The notes under the pieces were generated by a model. That model was not told the DNA's origin. It saw only the letters and a program-made list of their open reading frames with translations, and did not search any database. A DNA stretch of 64,000 nucleotides from Eledone cirrhosa (lineage: Eukaryota), in assembly GCA_964016885.1 (NCBI GenBank), contig OZ024743.1, positions 286,440,001 through 286,504,000 on the forward strand. The letters run 5' to 3'. Positions 29,717 to 42,565 of the stretch are shown here, piece by piece (positions within the stretch are counted from its first letter, which is position 1; every line of letters starts with the position of its first letter). Position numbers and translations under genes: made by a program.

Positions 29717-30110
29717 GGGCGGTGGATTGGCAGTATCGGTAGAGGGTCGGACGCCATGCTTTCCAGCGTAGTTACGTCCCTTTACGATCTGAGTTCAAAT
29801 CCCGCCGAGGTTGACTTTGCCTTTCATCCTTACGGGGTCGATAAAATAAAGTACCAGTAATGCACTGGGTAATTGCTGGCCTTGTGCCTAAAGTAGAAAC
29901 AATTATTTAATGAATTAGGGCGGTGGATTGGCAGTATCGGTAGAGCGTCAGACACCATGCTTTGCAGCATAGAGTGATGGCCCTTTACATTCTAAGTTCA
30001 AATCCCGCCGCGGTTAGTTTTGCCTTTCATCCTTGCGGGATCGATAAAATAAAGCACCAGTAATGCACTGGATAATTATTGGCCTTGTGCCAAAAGTAGA
30101 AACAATTTTT
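29717..30110 (+). mobile_element. Head-to-tail pair of OR-like SINEs
   Basis: Two ~200-bp copies; ATTATTTAACGAATTA-like target sequence before, between and after them. Confidence 0.9.
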
Positions 30111-30932
30111 TAACGAATTACTCAGTTATCACTTCAAAGCTGTTTTTTTAAAGAGGTCATCTATTTCAGTTTGCTATATAAAAACCCGTTATCGTAATAA
30201 AAGGCCTCTCGGAGAAAAGCTCCCTACGACAAAATACTCCCACTCTCTCTTTCTCTCTCTCACACACACATATATATACACATACACACGCACGCGCCCA
30301 CACATACATACAATATCACTAGAAATCATCATACGCCAATGTAACAAAACAAATTCGAAGATGAAATAAAACCCGGGGATTCAAGCTTATTCACATAGGT
30401 TGTTGTAATCAAGGAATTATTGAATTAAATATTTTACTATACATGGCGGGTACATGATAAAGCACATATAATGAAAAAGTTGTGTCACCATTTGCTCACC
30501 CCTACCATCACCCTATCATCCCTACCACCGCTGCCGCGGCACTGTGACTGTAACATTAGCAGATAATAAATAAAAGATGCCAAGTAAATTTTCTTAGCAA
30601 TTCTCCAGATAATAATCTGGAAATGTACAGGCATAGTATTTTACCATTTAGCTTTATAGTAATCTCTTAAGGAACACGTATATATATTGATATATATATT
30701 TTTTTAATACTTTCTATGTTTGTGAAACTGGGTGAAACCAGAAAATTTTAGTTGCTAATGTATGTTACAATCACTGTCGTTTTTCTTATTACTGTTTATC
30801 TTTCATTGAATATATAAGGGAAGAGAAATTCTCGCTATCACTAAAATTAAATGAAAACTTGAAGAAGCCATATAGATTTTCATCTTTAAAACATTACGAA
30901 TAGATAACAAAAATACGAAAATACGTTCTGTC

Positions 30933-30936
<4 letters not shown>

Positions 30937-31020
<84 letters not shown>
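30937..31020. repeat. (TG)n microsatellite
   Basis: Direct reading. Confidence 0.98.
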
Positions 31021-31022
<2 letters not shown>

Positions 31023-31689
31023 CGCGCACGCGCTTAAATAGGGAAGTAGGGTTCTATGTATGTGCTTGCGTGTGTTTATGCTCCAGTGCCATTGTTTTGC
31101 CTGTCACTATGCATACAACATCAAAGACTGGACTGGTCATTACACACCAAGACCCTTCTACGCGTGACGGAAATCTGTGGCGACGGCTGACTGCGGAAGC
31201 GTCTAGAGTGGCAACTCAACGACTTGCTGCACGTGTTGCGGAAACAAGATAGATTGATTGATGCATTAATACTTCGGTTAGCGCTCTTCATAAGTTCATA
31301 AAATTGTTCTAAACTAAACAGGGCTATACAGGGAGGGTCATTATGATATAGCAGAAAAGGTGATACGAACTTGATAGGCTTTAAAAAATAGTGTTATGGT
31401 AACAAATGAAGACGGCAGTCATTGCCAAATTCGATGTTGTACCCTCAAACACTTTATAGCTTTAGATAATCTCGCACAATGGGAAGTCACACGTTGTGAT
31501 TTAGAATTATGATAAAATTAGTAAACAAATAAAATTATATAGCAGATTAAATTAATCAACTTTAGATCCTATCCTACAGTACACAAACCCCTTATAGTTG
31601 AAAAACTGCAGTGAGAAATAGAATAAAAGAGATTGTATCTTAGAAGTGGGAACAGGCTATGATTCTTCTTCACATATCATTTGCTTTTC

Positions 31690-32300
31690 GAAGAATGCAT
31701 TTAATGTTGTGTGCATAGGGATTCAATATTCTAGGTGTGGCTTGTTTTATAAATCACCAACAATGTTTTAGGTTATAAGTCATCGTAATATATATATTTT
31801 TTTTTTTCACACAGATTTTTTTTCACACTTGAGATGTTTATTGTCATTCTTGCCTTCATGTTTCATTTCCAAAACTACAGGCAAATGCATTTATATATCC
31901 CTCATTGGTCTTAGTGTTTCTCTATGATAAAAAAAAATGTACTGGCCCTTGAAACCTCATCGCAAAAGAAGTGGGGTTTCTTTTCTTCTTCTCTGGAGAT
32001 GAAATTTTGGGAGGCCATTCTTTTCCGAAAAAAGGCTTCTTTCATCTACCGTGAACAAAAATTGTCTAGGGGCAGGTGCCACTCTCAATGATATCCTTAA
32101 GAACCTTAGGAAATGTCTTGGCAGTCTATGTGTTTACACTTGCAACTTCACTAAACGAGTCACCTTCCAGTCACTAGACGTGTCACCTTTGCTGATAAGA
32201 GTGTGTCCGTCATGGCTGAAGCATTTATTCGTATTTTGTTCGCATTCTTCTAAACGTTGATGTGGCCAAGTTTCAAAAACCACCTACACGTGCTGCCAAT
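31690..32300 (-). pseudogene. Decayed Tigger/pogo-like transposase
   Basis: Broken motifs matching L..II....P.QVFN.DE..LF.K.M, SREEEK.P, LPV.W..N.KA.MT. Confidence 0.55.
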
Positions 32301-32770
32301 CACTTCAACACTTGCAGTTTTACATCCGGCATGATGATTTTTTCGGCACAGTAGAACTTTCAGCACGATGGATAATCAATTGTGTGAGCAAATCGCGTGT
32401 ATGCAGGTGCAAGCACGAGTGTTGTAAATAATAGTTGCTTACAAATTGCATACAATTGTTATAGCAATATATATGTTATTCTACTTGAAATATTATTTCT
32501 AAGGGAAATAGTGTTCGTGCGAATCAACGGTTAACTTGGGTAGTGTTAAGCGGGGTATTGCAATTTATTGGTGTGTAGCTGAAAATATGTGTGCGTGTGC
32601 ACTTATAGCTATGTTTGCAAGGATGCTTTTCTGTATTTTTAATACTTTAGGCGTGTGTGTGTGTGTTTGTGTGTGTGTTTTGCGAACGTGTGTATACTTT
32701 TTTTTAATGTATATGCTGTCGCTATCACGATATTTAAAAACATAAATTCGTTATATATATTTATATAATA

Positions 32771-33869
32771 CTAGTAGTGTATCCCGGCGTTGCATGGGTA
32801 ATAGCACCTCCAATGAGATTTGTGAGTGCCTATTAAAAACTCACGAAAATATACCGACAGGAAACTTGTTTTATTTGGAGAAAATTAAGAAGTTGAAAGT
32901 ACAGTTTAGCTGTCTACGTGCATTGTTCATAGAAATATTGTTGAGCCCCTTCTTTTCATACTCCTCTGTTTTGACCTTTTGGAGTAAATGTGAAAGAGAA
33001 AGTCACAGGTTAAGTTGGCAGAAGGTTCCAGTGTCATAGCAGTCTACTTACCTCAAAAGTTCATTCGTACTCTTTCCACTAAGTTACTCTTTCTCTCTAT
33101 CCCTCTCGGTGCGGTCCCTTGCGAATTTCTCGCATAGGCCCGGTGTAGATTTGCACCCGATCCATCTGCCCGATGCACATGTCCGCTTTGTACGGCTTTT
33201 GGAGGAAGGAGTGACCAGCAGTACGTTGTTCAGTATTATTACGAAAAGGTGTAGCAGAGAATCCCGCGTAAACTAACAACTCGGGAGGAAACTGGTTACC
33301 TCGAAGATTCATTTGCCATCGTTCTTGTCAATGCTCCGTTTAGTTGGTATTTGTTGGTCTACAGTTAGATGAATGGCGCACAAAGGGTTAATGTTTATTG
33401 GCAAGAAATGCAACTGGGCTGGCTTGCCTCGCTTATATTATATATTCAAATAACAAATTAAAGTTTAAGCAAAGAATCGCTGCTTTCACCCTTAACGGGA
33501 TCTTCTGAAACTAAAAGAAATCAATCTGTGAACGCAGAAGTAAATATATCGAAAAACATTGCAACCGAAGGAAAACAGGAAGACGATACTTTGGTTCGTG
33601 AAGACGTTCCCTGGCAAAGAACGGAAAATAGCGAACATAATACGTCATCAATGTTTGTCAGAATGTCGTAATGCAGACAGCCAGGCATACAGACGGATAT
33701 TATAAGGGCGCGACGGAGATGGATAACCGGCGCCTAACACCCCTTTAACAACAGAAAATTGAAAAATAAAAGCTGCAGTTAATATCTTTAGACCGCAAGG
33801 AATATATAAATGCAAGTTTGAAGTCAATCGGAGTAGAAATGTAGATTTGTATAGACTTTGCAAAAATGA

Positions 33870-33963
<94 letters not shown>

Positions 33964-34041
33964 CACACACATCACACACATCACACACACACACACACAA
34001 CTATAGTTTTATATATTTGTGACTAATTAACCTTTAATAGA
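32771..34041 (-). mobile_element. Non-autonomous Helitron
   Basis: Minus strand: 5' A|TCTATTAAAGG..ATATAAAAC then (GT)n (33872-33999); 3' hairpin CCCATGCAACGCCGGG and CTAG|T at 32771; 5' end could alternatively be 34022. Confidence 0.75.
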
Positions 34042-34774
34042 TATATATATGTGTGTTAAATTAATACATAATAAATTACAACAACCCTTTCTTTTCAAAT
34101 GTATCTAGAATTATATTATATAATGTACCATTTCGTTTTTGAAAACAGTAGGAATAATTAACAGTTATTTCTAGTAGGTAGAATGACGTCATAGAGTCTC
34201 TCGGAACTTATTTCATGAGTGCTCTGACAGGTGACTAACCTTCCTTCTGCCTGTGAATTTGTCTTTTTTTCCAACTTGCCTCTGTCTCTTTATCTGTGTA
34301 CATCTTTTGTTTGTCTTGTTACAAATGTATGTGAATTTGTTCCGCATCTCTATCAAACTGTCTTTATCACTTTCTTGTCACTCTCTTTTTCTCTGCATGT
34401 GCACATTCGGAGACAGAGGGATAAGAAAGAGATAGACATAGACTGAGACAACACAGATAGAGATTTATAATGAGGCGAACAGACACACATGCACGCGAAG
34501 AAATAACAGAGGATGAAAGGGGACGACAAGGAGATAAAGTACACACGACCGACCGAGAACAGTCACAATGTATCATCTTTATAATGCATATTTGGGGCTT
34601 GTGAGCACTTTTTTTTTTTTACTATTACGGTATTCATAACTCATTATGTGAATATGTGAACCAACAGCAGCAGCTTTTGTCTGCATGTGCTCGTACATAT
34701 GTATGTATATGTGACTGCGTATATGCTTCAGTTTATGGATGTGTTCGTTACATGTCGCAGTTTATACGGATTGA

Positions 34775-34826
<52 letters not shown>

Positions 34827-35019
34827 AGCGCTTTAATGTGTGTGTATGTGCGAGCACGAGTGCGTGTATGTGTATTCAAGAGGATAAGATAAAAAAGAAA
34901 TCTATACTTTTTGCCGACAAAAGCTTGTAATAATTGATAAAATGTGAAAAGAAGGAGAAATTTTCAGAAAGAATGGCAGAAAAATCAATTGCAACTAGAA
35001 CACGATGAAACAGAGAGGG

Positions 35020-35232
35020 GTCTCTACGTAGTTGCCCGACCTGTTGGAAAAAGCAGACAAACCTCCCATTTTACATTCTATTCTCTTGGATAAATTTCAG
35101 AGACAATAGTTCTGCATGTTTTATATTGGAAAAGAAAAAGAGAATTCGATGATGAGATGATCGTGTCAAAAATTGCTTTGTATCGTAGTTGGCTGGATCA
35201 GAGCTGACCTGGGCCTAATAACTACGACTAAA
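35020..35232 (+). mobile_element. Old SINE-like dispersed repeat (3' portion), fourth family
   Basis: CTACG..GTTGC.CGACCTG.T.GAAA.AGCAG.CAAA..TCCC ... GATCA.GGCTGACCTGGG; related pieces ~4515-4660, 8400-8600(-), 28240-28340, 57200-57270, 61370-61520. Confidence 0.55.
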
Positions 35233-36039
35233 ACATAACCTCAATATATTTAGTTCCTCGCCCAGATCGATGCGGGAGCAGTGATCGATAATAGAAGAGG
35301 TAGTGAAATGCTAGAATATGATTTGAAAAATGTATGATCGAGATCTATGTTGGTTTTAGTTATATAGAGACCTGAGTCGCTCTACAAATGTTAAAAAAAA
35401 ACAACAAACAAACGTGCATTTTGTAGTGAGTTGGAAATGTGTGACTAGATAAAAGTATAGCTATCGGCATAGTATGCAATTGCAAATAGCATATGCGTCT
35501 GCTAATTCGTTTTGATTTGCAAGCCTAAGTGACTCTAGGCCGTTGTGATCCGTAAAGTATTCCGTTACTTCAAAACTAGTGGGATCTGAAACAGAAGAAG
35601 AGAGAAAAGTTATCTTGTAATACCCAACAGAATTCATTTTGTATACCCGTGTTTGTATAAAATTACAATTTGTAAGTGTTTGTGGTAATGTGTGTACATG
35701 TGTGTAAACATAAAACTACATGCAAGAAACAGAATGATACAATAAATGTGGAGAGAAAAAAACAAACAAATAATTATATAAAAAATATAACAGTTTCTTT
35801 TAAAAATAGAATTCAATACAGTCCTTGCGTGCACGAGTGCTTTTTTGAATGGGTGTGTGTTTGCCGCCATATGTGTTGTTGTTATTATTGCTATATAACT
35901 TGTTGCTACAATGTTTTTGTTGTTGATATTGCTGCATAAGTAGTTGTTGCCACATATGTTGTTGTTACTGTTGCTGTAGTTATAGCATTGATCGATTGAT
36001 GCCAACAGCTCATAGATGTAACAATTTTGAGTTTGGGTC

Positions 36040-36296
36040 ATAGTTTTGTATTTTGATGATGGTTGTGTTCCTCAAGGGTTGAGTCCATATGCTTTTTTTT
36101 TGTAAAAGTTGAATGTTTGTTGAGACTATCAACATTTTCCGTGTTCGTAAAACTGTTCTGACTCCGGAGTCGTCCAGCCACCAATTTAAGCATGTATGAA
36201 GATTGTGAGTTCTTTTCTAACGTCGGATCACCAATTTAGCAGCGGTTGAGATGAATGTTGATTTGTAGTGAGGTTGCCTGATAGATGTGTTCATTT

Positions 36297-36338
<42 letters not shown>

Positions 36339-36500
36339 AAGTGGGAAGTTGATGAATGAGTAACTTGTTGGTCGAATGACGTTGGTCTCAGTAAGAAGAG
36401 AGAGCATTTGCCATGTTCAAGGAAACATACTCTTTTGTTGTGATGTGCAGTGATATTACCGCGAGGAAGATGATTTTCCCATATCATATGGGTAAGAATT
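36040..36500 (-). mobile_element. Very decayed Penelope-like GIY-YIG 3' relic
   Basis: Terminal R..RE..LI....T....YGLN-like remnant; interrupted by (GTA)n 36299-36337. Confidence 0.3.
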
Positions 36501-36719
36501 AACAAATGAACAAGACACTGCTAATTTTAATGTTTTTATTTGTAACATGATTCATTTCGAAATTATGTGCAGCAATGGACAACGGAAAAAGATGTACGTG
36601 AGATGCAGTATACATACATATTTAACGGGAGATGGATAGAATTGAAATATATATATGTAAATAGCAAGTAGAAACCACTACCTCCCTATGGACAACTGAC
36701 GCTGCACACCAGGTCCGAA

Positions 36720-36850
36720 CACGGAAGAGCTTAAATGAATACCAGTTGGGGGTAACTATGAGATGGACAGGTGTCCTGTCCAGGGAGGAATCTTATACTC
36801 TCAGTTGCTTAACGCTAATTAAAACTGGGTTAAGCCTGCTGTGTCTCGAA
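36720..36850 (+). mobile_element. V-domain SINE-like relic
   Basis: GGGGTAACTATGAGATGGACAGGTGTCCTGTCCAGGG..ACTCTCAGTTGCTTAACGCTA..AAACTGGGTTAAG resembles the V-SINE core as I recall it. Confidence 0.5.
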
Positions 36851-36864
36851 GATTATGACATACA

Positions 36865-36975
<111 letters not shown>

Positions 36976-37144
36976 TGTGGCCGAAACTCGAGGACGGATA
37001 TAAGTTTATGGTACCCATTTACGTGTGTTCCATTGAGGCAAATAACTTTGTGTCTACTCTGAGATTTTTACATAACCTTACCTATTGAGTACGCTGAGAT
37101 GCAACCGGTACTATAGCAGGGAAACCTTATGCTAGTCCTGTGGA

Positions 37145-37178
37145 CTTCTTCTTCTTCATCTTCTTCTTCTTCTTCTTC

Positions 37179-37210
<32 letters not shown>
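37145..37210. repeat. (CTT)n-(ATT)n microsatellite, tail/target of the adjacent Dong-like element
   Basis: Direct reading. Confidence 0.95.
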
Positions 37211-37212
<2 letters not shown>

Positions 37213-39702
37213 TCTTTGAGTCTCAGTCATTGATGTTAGTTAACTGGAAAGTTTGTTGAAATGAATATCAAGCCACTACCTGCAGCCTCAGATATTCAGG
37301 ACGTATCGGAGGGTTCTTGCTGTTCCCAGCAAGCATGCCTTTTGAAGCGTTCCAAAAAGCGTGTAGGGGCCAATTTTCTTTAACCATCCCTGGAAACTTT
37401 TTGAGATAGTCCCTAGTGCGCCTATGACAATCGGGATCACTTTGACTTCATGGCAGTTCCAAATCCTTTTTACCTCCCACTTTAAGTCCTGGTATCGGTT
37501 AATTTTCTCCCTCTCCTTCTCTTGCACTCTCGTGTCGAATGGGCAGGCCACATCCACAATCAGGCACGATCTTTTTTCTTTGTCCACAACCACCAGGTCA
37601 GGTCTATTGTGTTCCAGTTTCTTGTCCGTCTGTATCCTAAAATCCCACAGCACCTTCACCTGATCGTTTTCTATCACCGACTCTGGCTTATGCTCATACC
37701 ACTTCTCAGAATGTGGTAAATTGTTTACTTTGCATAGGTGCCAGTGGATCACCCTGCCCATCACATCATCTCTCCAGCCCTTATAGTGAGTCTGGGCTAG
37801 ATGTTTACACTCGGATACAATGTGAGCCACAGTCTCCTCTCTCTCTCCACAGATCCTGCACAGTGGGCTAGCCTCCTCCTTGTAAATATGGTGTTTCAGC
37901 CACTTCGTTTTTAGGGCCTGCTCTTGCGCAGCCATTAACATTCCTTCTGTAGCCTTTTTAAGGTCTCCTCTTCTCAACCAGTTCTATGTCTGTGGATCTT
38001 TGAATTCCGTTTTCTCAAAGAAGGTACTATGAAGGGATTTTTCATGAAGGCTGCTCTTTCTCCTTGTTGCTATTTCCTCCTTGGAAATCCCCTGGTCTAT
38101 TGTCCTCTCCTTCAGTACAATTCTAAGCATTGGCTCCTTACTATCAGTCACGTATTTGTGTAGGTTGTCTTTTTCCATCTGAGCACAGCCCTCTATGCTG
38201 ATAAGACCTCTTCCACCTTCAGATCTCCTTAAGTAGAGTCTATCGACATCACTCCTCTTGTGGAACATGTTGTAGATAGTCAATAGCTTCCTAGTCTTCC
38301 TATCCATTTCTTTTTGTTCAGCAACATTCCATCTCAGAATTCCCGCACTGTACCTAATAATAGACACAGCTCGGGAATTTACTGCACTTATGGCATTCCT
38401 ACTGTTCAGATGTGACTTTAATACGCTCCTTACTCTCCGAATGTATTCAGATCTTATCAATTTCTTCATTTTTTTTGTTCTTGATGTCATCAGCCTCCAG
38501 AATACCCAAATACTTGTATCCTTCTTCAGTGTCAATTTTCTTTATCATCTCACCTGTTGGTACCTGGATTCCATTGCTTCTGCTCAATTTACACCCTCTT
38601 CATCACAAGGACTCCACACTTACTAATACCAAACAGCATACATATATTATTGCTGAAAATACGGACAGTATCAACAAGCACATCCAACTCCTTCTCACTC
38701 TTCCCCAAGAGCTTAAGATCGTCCATGAAGAGGAGGTGATTGATGGTAAGCTCTCCCTTTCCCAACTTGTATCCTGCTCTCACTTTTCGCAGTATAATGG
38801 TCAGGGGCATCAGGGCAAGGACAAACAACAGAGGGGACAGACTATCTCCCTGGAAGATACCTCTCTTGATCTTCACGCCTCCCAAGGATTCTCCAGCTGA
38901 TGTTAATTCTGTTTTCCAGGACTTCATACTTTACCCCAACAACTGTCTGATGTTATCTGCCACCTTGAATATCTCTAGGCTTTTTGTGATCCAAGAATGA
39001 GGCACCATGTCAAATGCCTTTTTGTAGTCTATCCATCCCATGGCAAGACCAGTGTGTCTCCTCTTGCAATTCCTTATTACCATCTTATCAATAAGTAACT
39101 AGTCCTTTGTACCACGGGACTTCTTTCGGCATCCTTTCTGTTCGTCCGGGAACAAGTTGTTTGTGCGGAGGTGATGGTAGATTTCCTCAGACATAATGCT
39201 TGTCAACAGTTTCCACATTACGGACAGACATGTGATAAGTCTATAGTTGGTAACATCATTACCCTTGATTCGGTCTTTCATTACCAGAACTGTGGTACCT
39301 TTTGTCAACCACTCTGGTACCTCACCTGACATCAAGCAGTAATTGAACATGGTTGTCAGTTTCGGGTGGAGGGATGTTATATTTTTAATCCAATACCCCT
39401 GCACACCATCTGGGCCTGGTGATTTCCAGTTGGTTAGTTTTTTGGCCTGCCCCTTAAGAGTTTCAACTGTGATACTCAAATCAGTTTGTTGGTGTGCCTG
39501 TTCACTAATCTCCTTTTGTACTGTCTCAATCCACACTGCCTGGTCATTATGTTTAACATCCTGCTCCCATATTCCTCTCCAGAATGTCTTAGTTTGTTCC
39601 GCCTCAGGGATCAAGTCGTTGCCTTTTTCTTTCCTTTCAAGCTGTCCAAACAACATCTTCTGGTTGTTGTCAAACATGCAGTTCTGTCTATACTGTATCG
39701 CC
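37211..39702 (-). mobile_element. R4/Dong-like RLE non-LTR retrotransposon family A, 5'-truncated, disrupted
   Basis: KSPGPDG, YRLITCL, WIDYKKAFD, GIFQGDSLSP, LFMDDLKL; CCHC CRIC...ETVAHIVSEC; RLE LWDF..TD...NRPD..VD...D..P....EK..RYQDL; stop at 37288; several stops and frameshifts; (ATT)n at both ends. Confidence 0.92.
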
Positions 39703-39717
39703 ATTATTATTATATTA

Positions 39718-42349
39718 TGCGTTGTCAGAGCTAGAGCGCGTGCTTTGAAACACGAGGAGACAAAAGCCGTCCAATGGGCCCGGGTGGCAGAGGCGCGACG
39801 TGGCAACAAAGCCACAATTCAGTCTTTGTCTGACCAAAACGGGTGCGTGATGCTCGAACACGAGCGGATGTGTGAAGCTTTTCAGCAGCACTTTGCTGAA
39901 CTGTTCGGGAGCGGCGGCGGCCCGGATCGGGGCATGGAAATCAGTGCATACCTCGATGGACTGCCTCGGCTCTCGACGACGGCAGCACAGTGTTGCGAAA
40001 AGCCAATAACAGCCGGTGAAATACGGGAAGCGATGGCTAACTGCACAAGGGGTAAATCGCCAGGTTTGGATGGTCTGCCCTACGAGCTTTATGCATTTAT
40101 GCCAGACTTGTTCTGTGACCTCTTGGCAGACGTCTACTGTAACTGGCAGCAGAACGGGAGCATTCCCAGTTTTGTGAACCGGGGAGCAGTGGCGCTGCTG
40201 AGAAAAGACCCGAACAAGGCGATGTTATCGATAATTTCAGGCCCATAACCCTGCTAAACGCAGAGTTCAAGATTTTGCCAAGGTGTTAGCAACGAGGTTG
40301 GCGCTTGTCGTCAAGGGTCTGGTGGGAGAGGCAGACAGATCCATACACGACAACCTCCACCTCATGCGATACATCATAGAGAGGGTGGTTAAGGAACCTG
40401 GCAAGGGTGGGGCCCTGATCAACTTGGATCAATCTAAAGCATTCGATAGGGTCGACCATCGGTACCTGGCGGCGCTCCTCGAGGCAGCCGGTTTCGGGCC
40501 CGTTTTCAGGGGTTGGATCGCAACAATGTACAGCGACATCTGCTCAGTTGTGAGGGTGAACGGTCACCTGTCGCAGCCGTTCAGCATCATGCGCTCAGTA
40601 CGCCAGGGTTGTCCCCTCTCGTCTCTCTTGTACGTATTGGCTCTCGAGCCGTTACTGCACAAACTGGGGGAGATGAGGGGCGTCCCACGCGAACTAGGAT
40701 GCGGGAAATCCGAGTCGGCTTACGCTGACGACGTCACCGTGGTGGTGTCGAGCACCAAACACGTCCAGATGCTCGGCACCGCTCTCAAGGAATACGAAGC
40801 GGTGACAGGAGCAAAGATAAACCAGGCAAAGTCAGTGGGCTTGCAGCTCGGCACCTGGAGAGGCAAGTCCATGCCGTCCGACAGCGTTGTGGGGCGTTGG
40901 ACGGACGGACCGGTTAAATTGCTCGGGGTCTGGTTCGGACCGGACCTCCAGATGGAGAAAAACTGGAACGAGGTGACGAGCAGGGTGGCCTCCCTCACCC
41001 AGAAATGGGCTGAGAGGGAGCTGTTCCTGAAAGGCCGGGCGGAGGTGGCGAATGCGTACATCGCATCCGTCATCTGCTACCGCCTCACTGTCGTCCCTTG
41101 CTCCAGCCCAACTCTCACCAAAATAGAGCGCCTCCTCTTCCGCTTTTTGTGGAAGGGACGCGCTCCCATGGTCAGACGATCCATCTGCTGTCAACACCCG
41201 TTGCGTGGAGGACTGGGCATGCCATGGCTGATGATGTGCAAACATGCGCTGAGGCTGCGACATCTCAACGTTTTCCCACAGCTCGTCTCCTTGACGGAGC
41301 TGCAGTCCTGGGTCAGAAAAAGACCGAGGGATAGCGCTTGGAAACTGGAATGTCTCCAGGCGCTCACTGCCCTCTACCAGCTGGGCACCAGTATCGGTGG
41401 AACATCCACCTCGGCGTTCTATAGAGGACTAGTGGAGGGGAAGAGCGACGACATTCTCGGAGAGATCCTGGGCGTCGAAGAAGATCAGCTGTTTGCTCTC
41501 TTCCGGAGAACTTTCAGCCCGGGGCCTATGGATAACTTCCAAAAATCCCTGGTCTGGCAGTGCTACCGGGGAGCGCTGCCAGTTCGAGATAAGATCTACA
41601 GGCACGGTAGTGCCGTCAGCCGAGCCTGTCTGAGATGCGCGCAGAGCGACGAAACCGTCGTGCACGCACTCATTCAGTGCCCGAGCATTGCTGACTTGTG
41701 GAGATATGTCGAACAGTTGCTGTCGCGTGTAGGACTGATCCGGTTGTCGACTGAGTCCATTGTGCAGATGGTCTCGCCGTCTTCCTTCGAGGAGGAAGGG
41801 CAGGCGGTTTTCATCTGCCTGGTGGCCATGGCGAAAGAGATTGTGTGGTGGACAAGGTTAAAAGGGTTAAATACAGACACTTTCCTCTTCGGCGAATCCC
41901 TAATTAACTTTTTCAAGTTTCACTTGAAGAGGAAAATCAGGGTGGAGCGGCAAGTGCTGCTTTCTAGCAAGTTTGTTGAAAGGTGGGTGAATGTAGCGAG
42001 AATGGTCCGAGTGAATATACGTCTGTAGTTTGAGAGATGGAAAAATTGAGAGAGGGCGCTTGCTCTGGTGGTCAAGGTGGCCGTGGTCTTTTGTGTGGTT
42101 TTCGCCACGAGTAACCGTCGGAGGTTTCCCCCCCTATTGGGGAATTTTTCATTGTTTCAATTTTCATTTTTATTGTTTATATATATATATGTTTCTATGT
42201 CCTTTTTTTTTTCTTTTCTTATATAAATAATAAAAATATTTACACGCACAAAACCCACATTGTACCGTCCTGTGCCGTCTGTAATGTTTTTCTTGATGTC
42301 AGCCCTTGTGGCCAATAAAGAAATCATTATTATTATTATTATTATTATT
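39718..42349 (+). mobile_element. Tx1/L1-clade LINE, 5'-truncated copy (RT + C-terminal zinc finger)
   Basis: KSPGLDGLPYE, LDQSKAFDRV, VRQGCPLS, YADD, CLRC..DETVVHALIQC; frameshift ~40218 and small deletions relative to 45707-48080; tail CCCTTGTGGCCAATAAAGAAATC(ATT)n. Confidence 0.92.
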
Positions 42350-42565
42350 GAATGTTATGGTTGACGGAGGCTCGGCTCTGTAAGGTATTGTAAATTTTGA
42401 ACACTATAACAATTGTAAATTGTTTAAAACTTTAACGAACTTGTAGACAAAAACACCCTCCTCCTCGTGAGAGGGGTCTTTCTGCTCGTTATTTGGCCCT
42501 TCGGGTTAAATAACTGCTTATTGGGGTTTTGTACCTAATATTTATTTTAAACAAAAAAAAAACAA

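Noticed and set aside
35985-36025. Possible hammerhead on the minus strand beside the PLE relic
   Set aside because: Both core boxes are mutated; cannot be supported
39343-40248. 301-aa ORF as a chimeric gene
   Set aside because: Antisense Dong sequence happens to run in frame through ATT repeats into the truncated Tx1 ORF2
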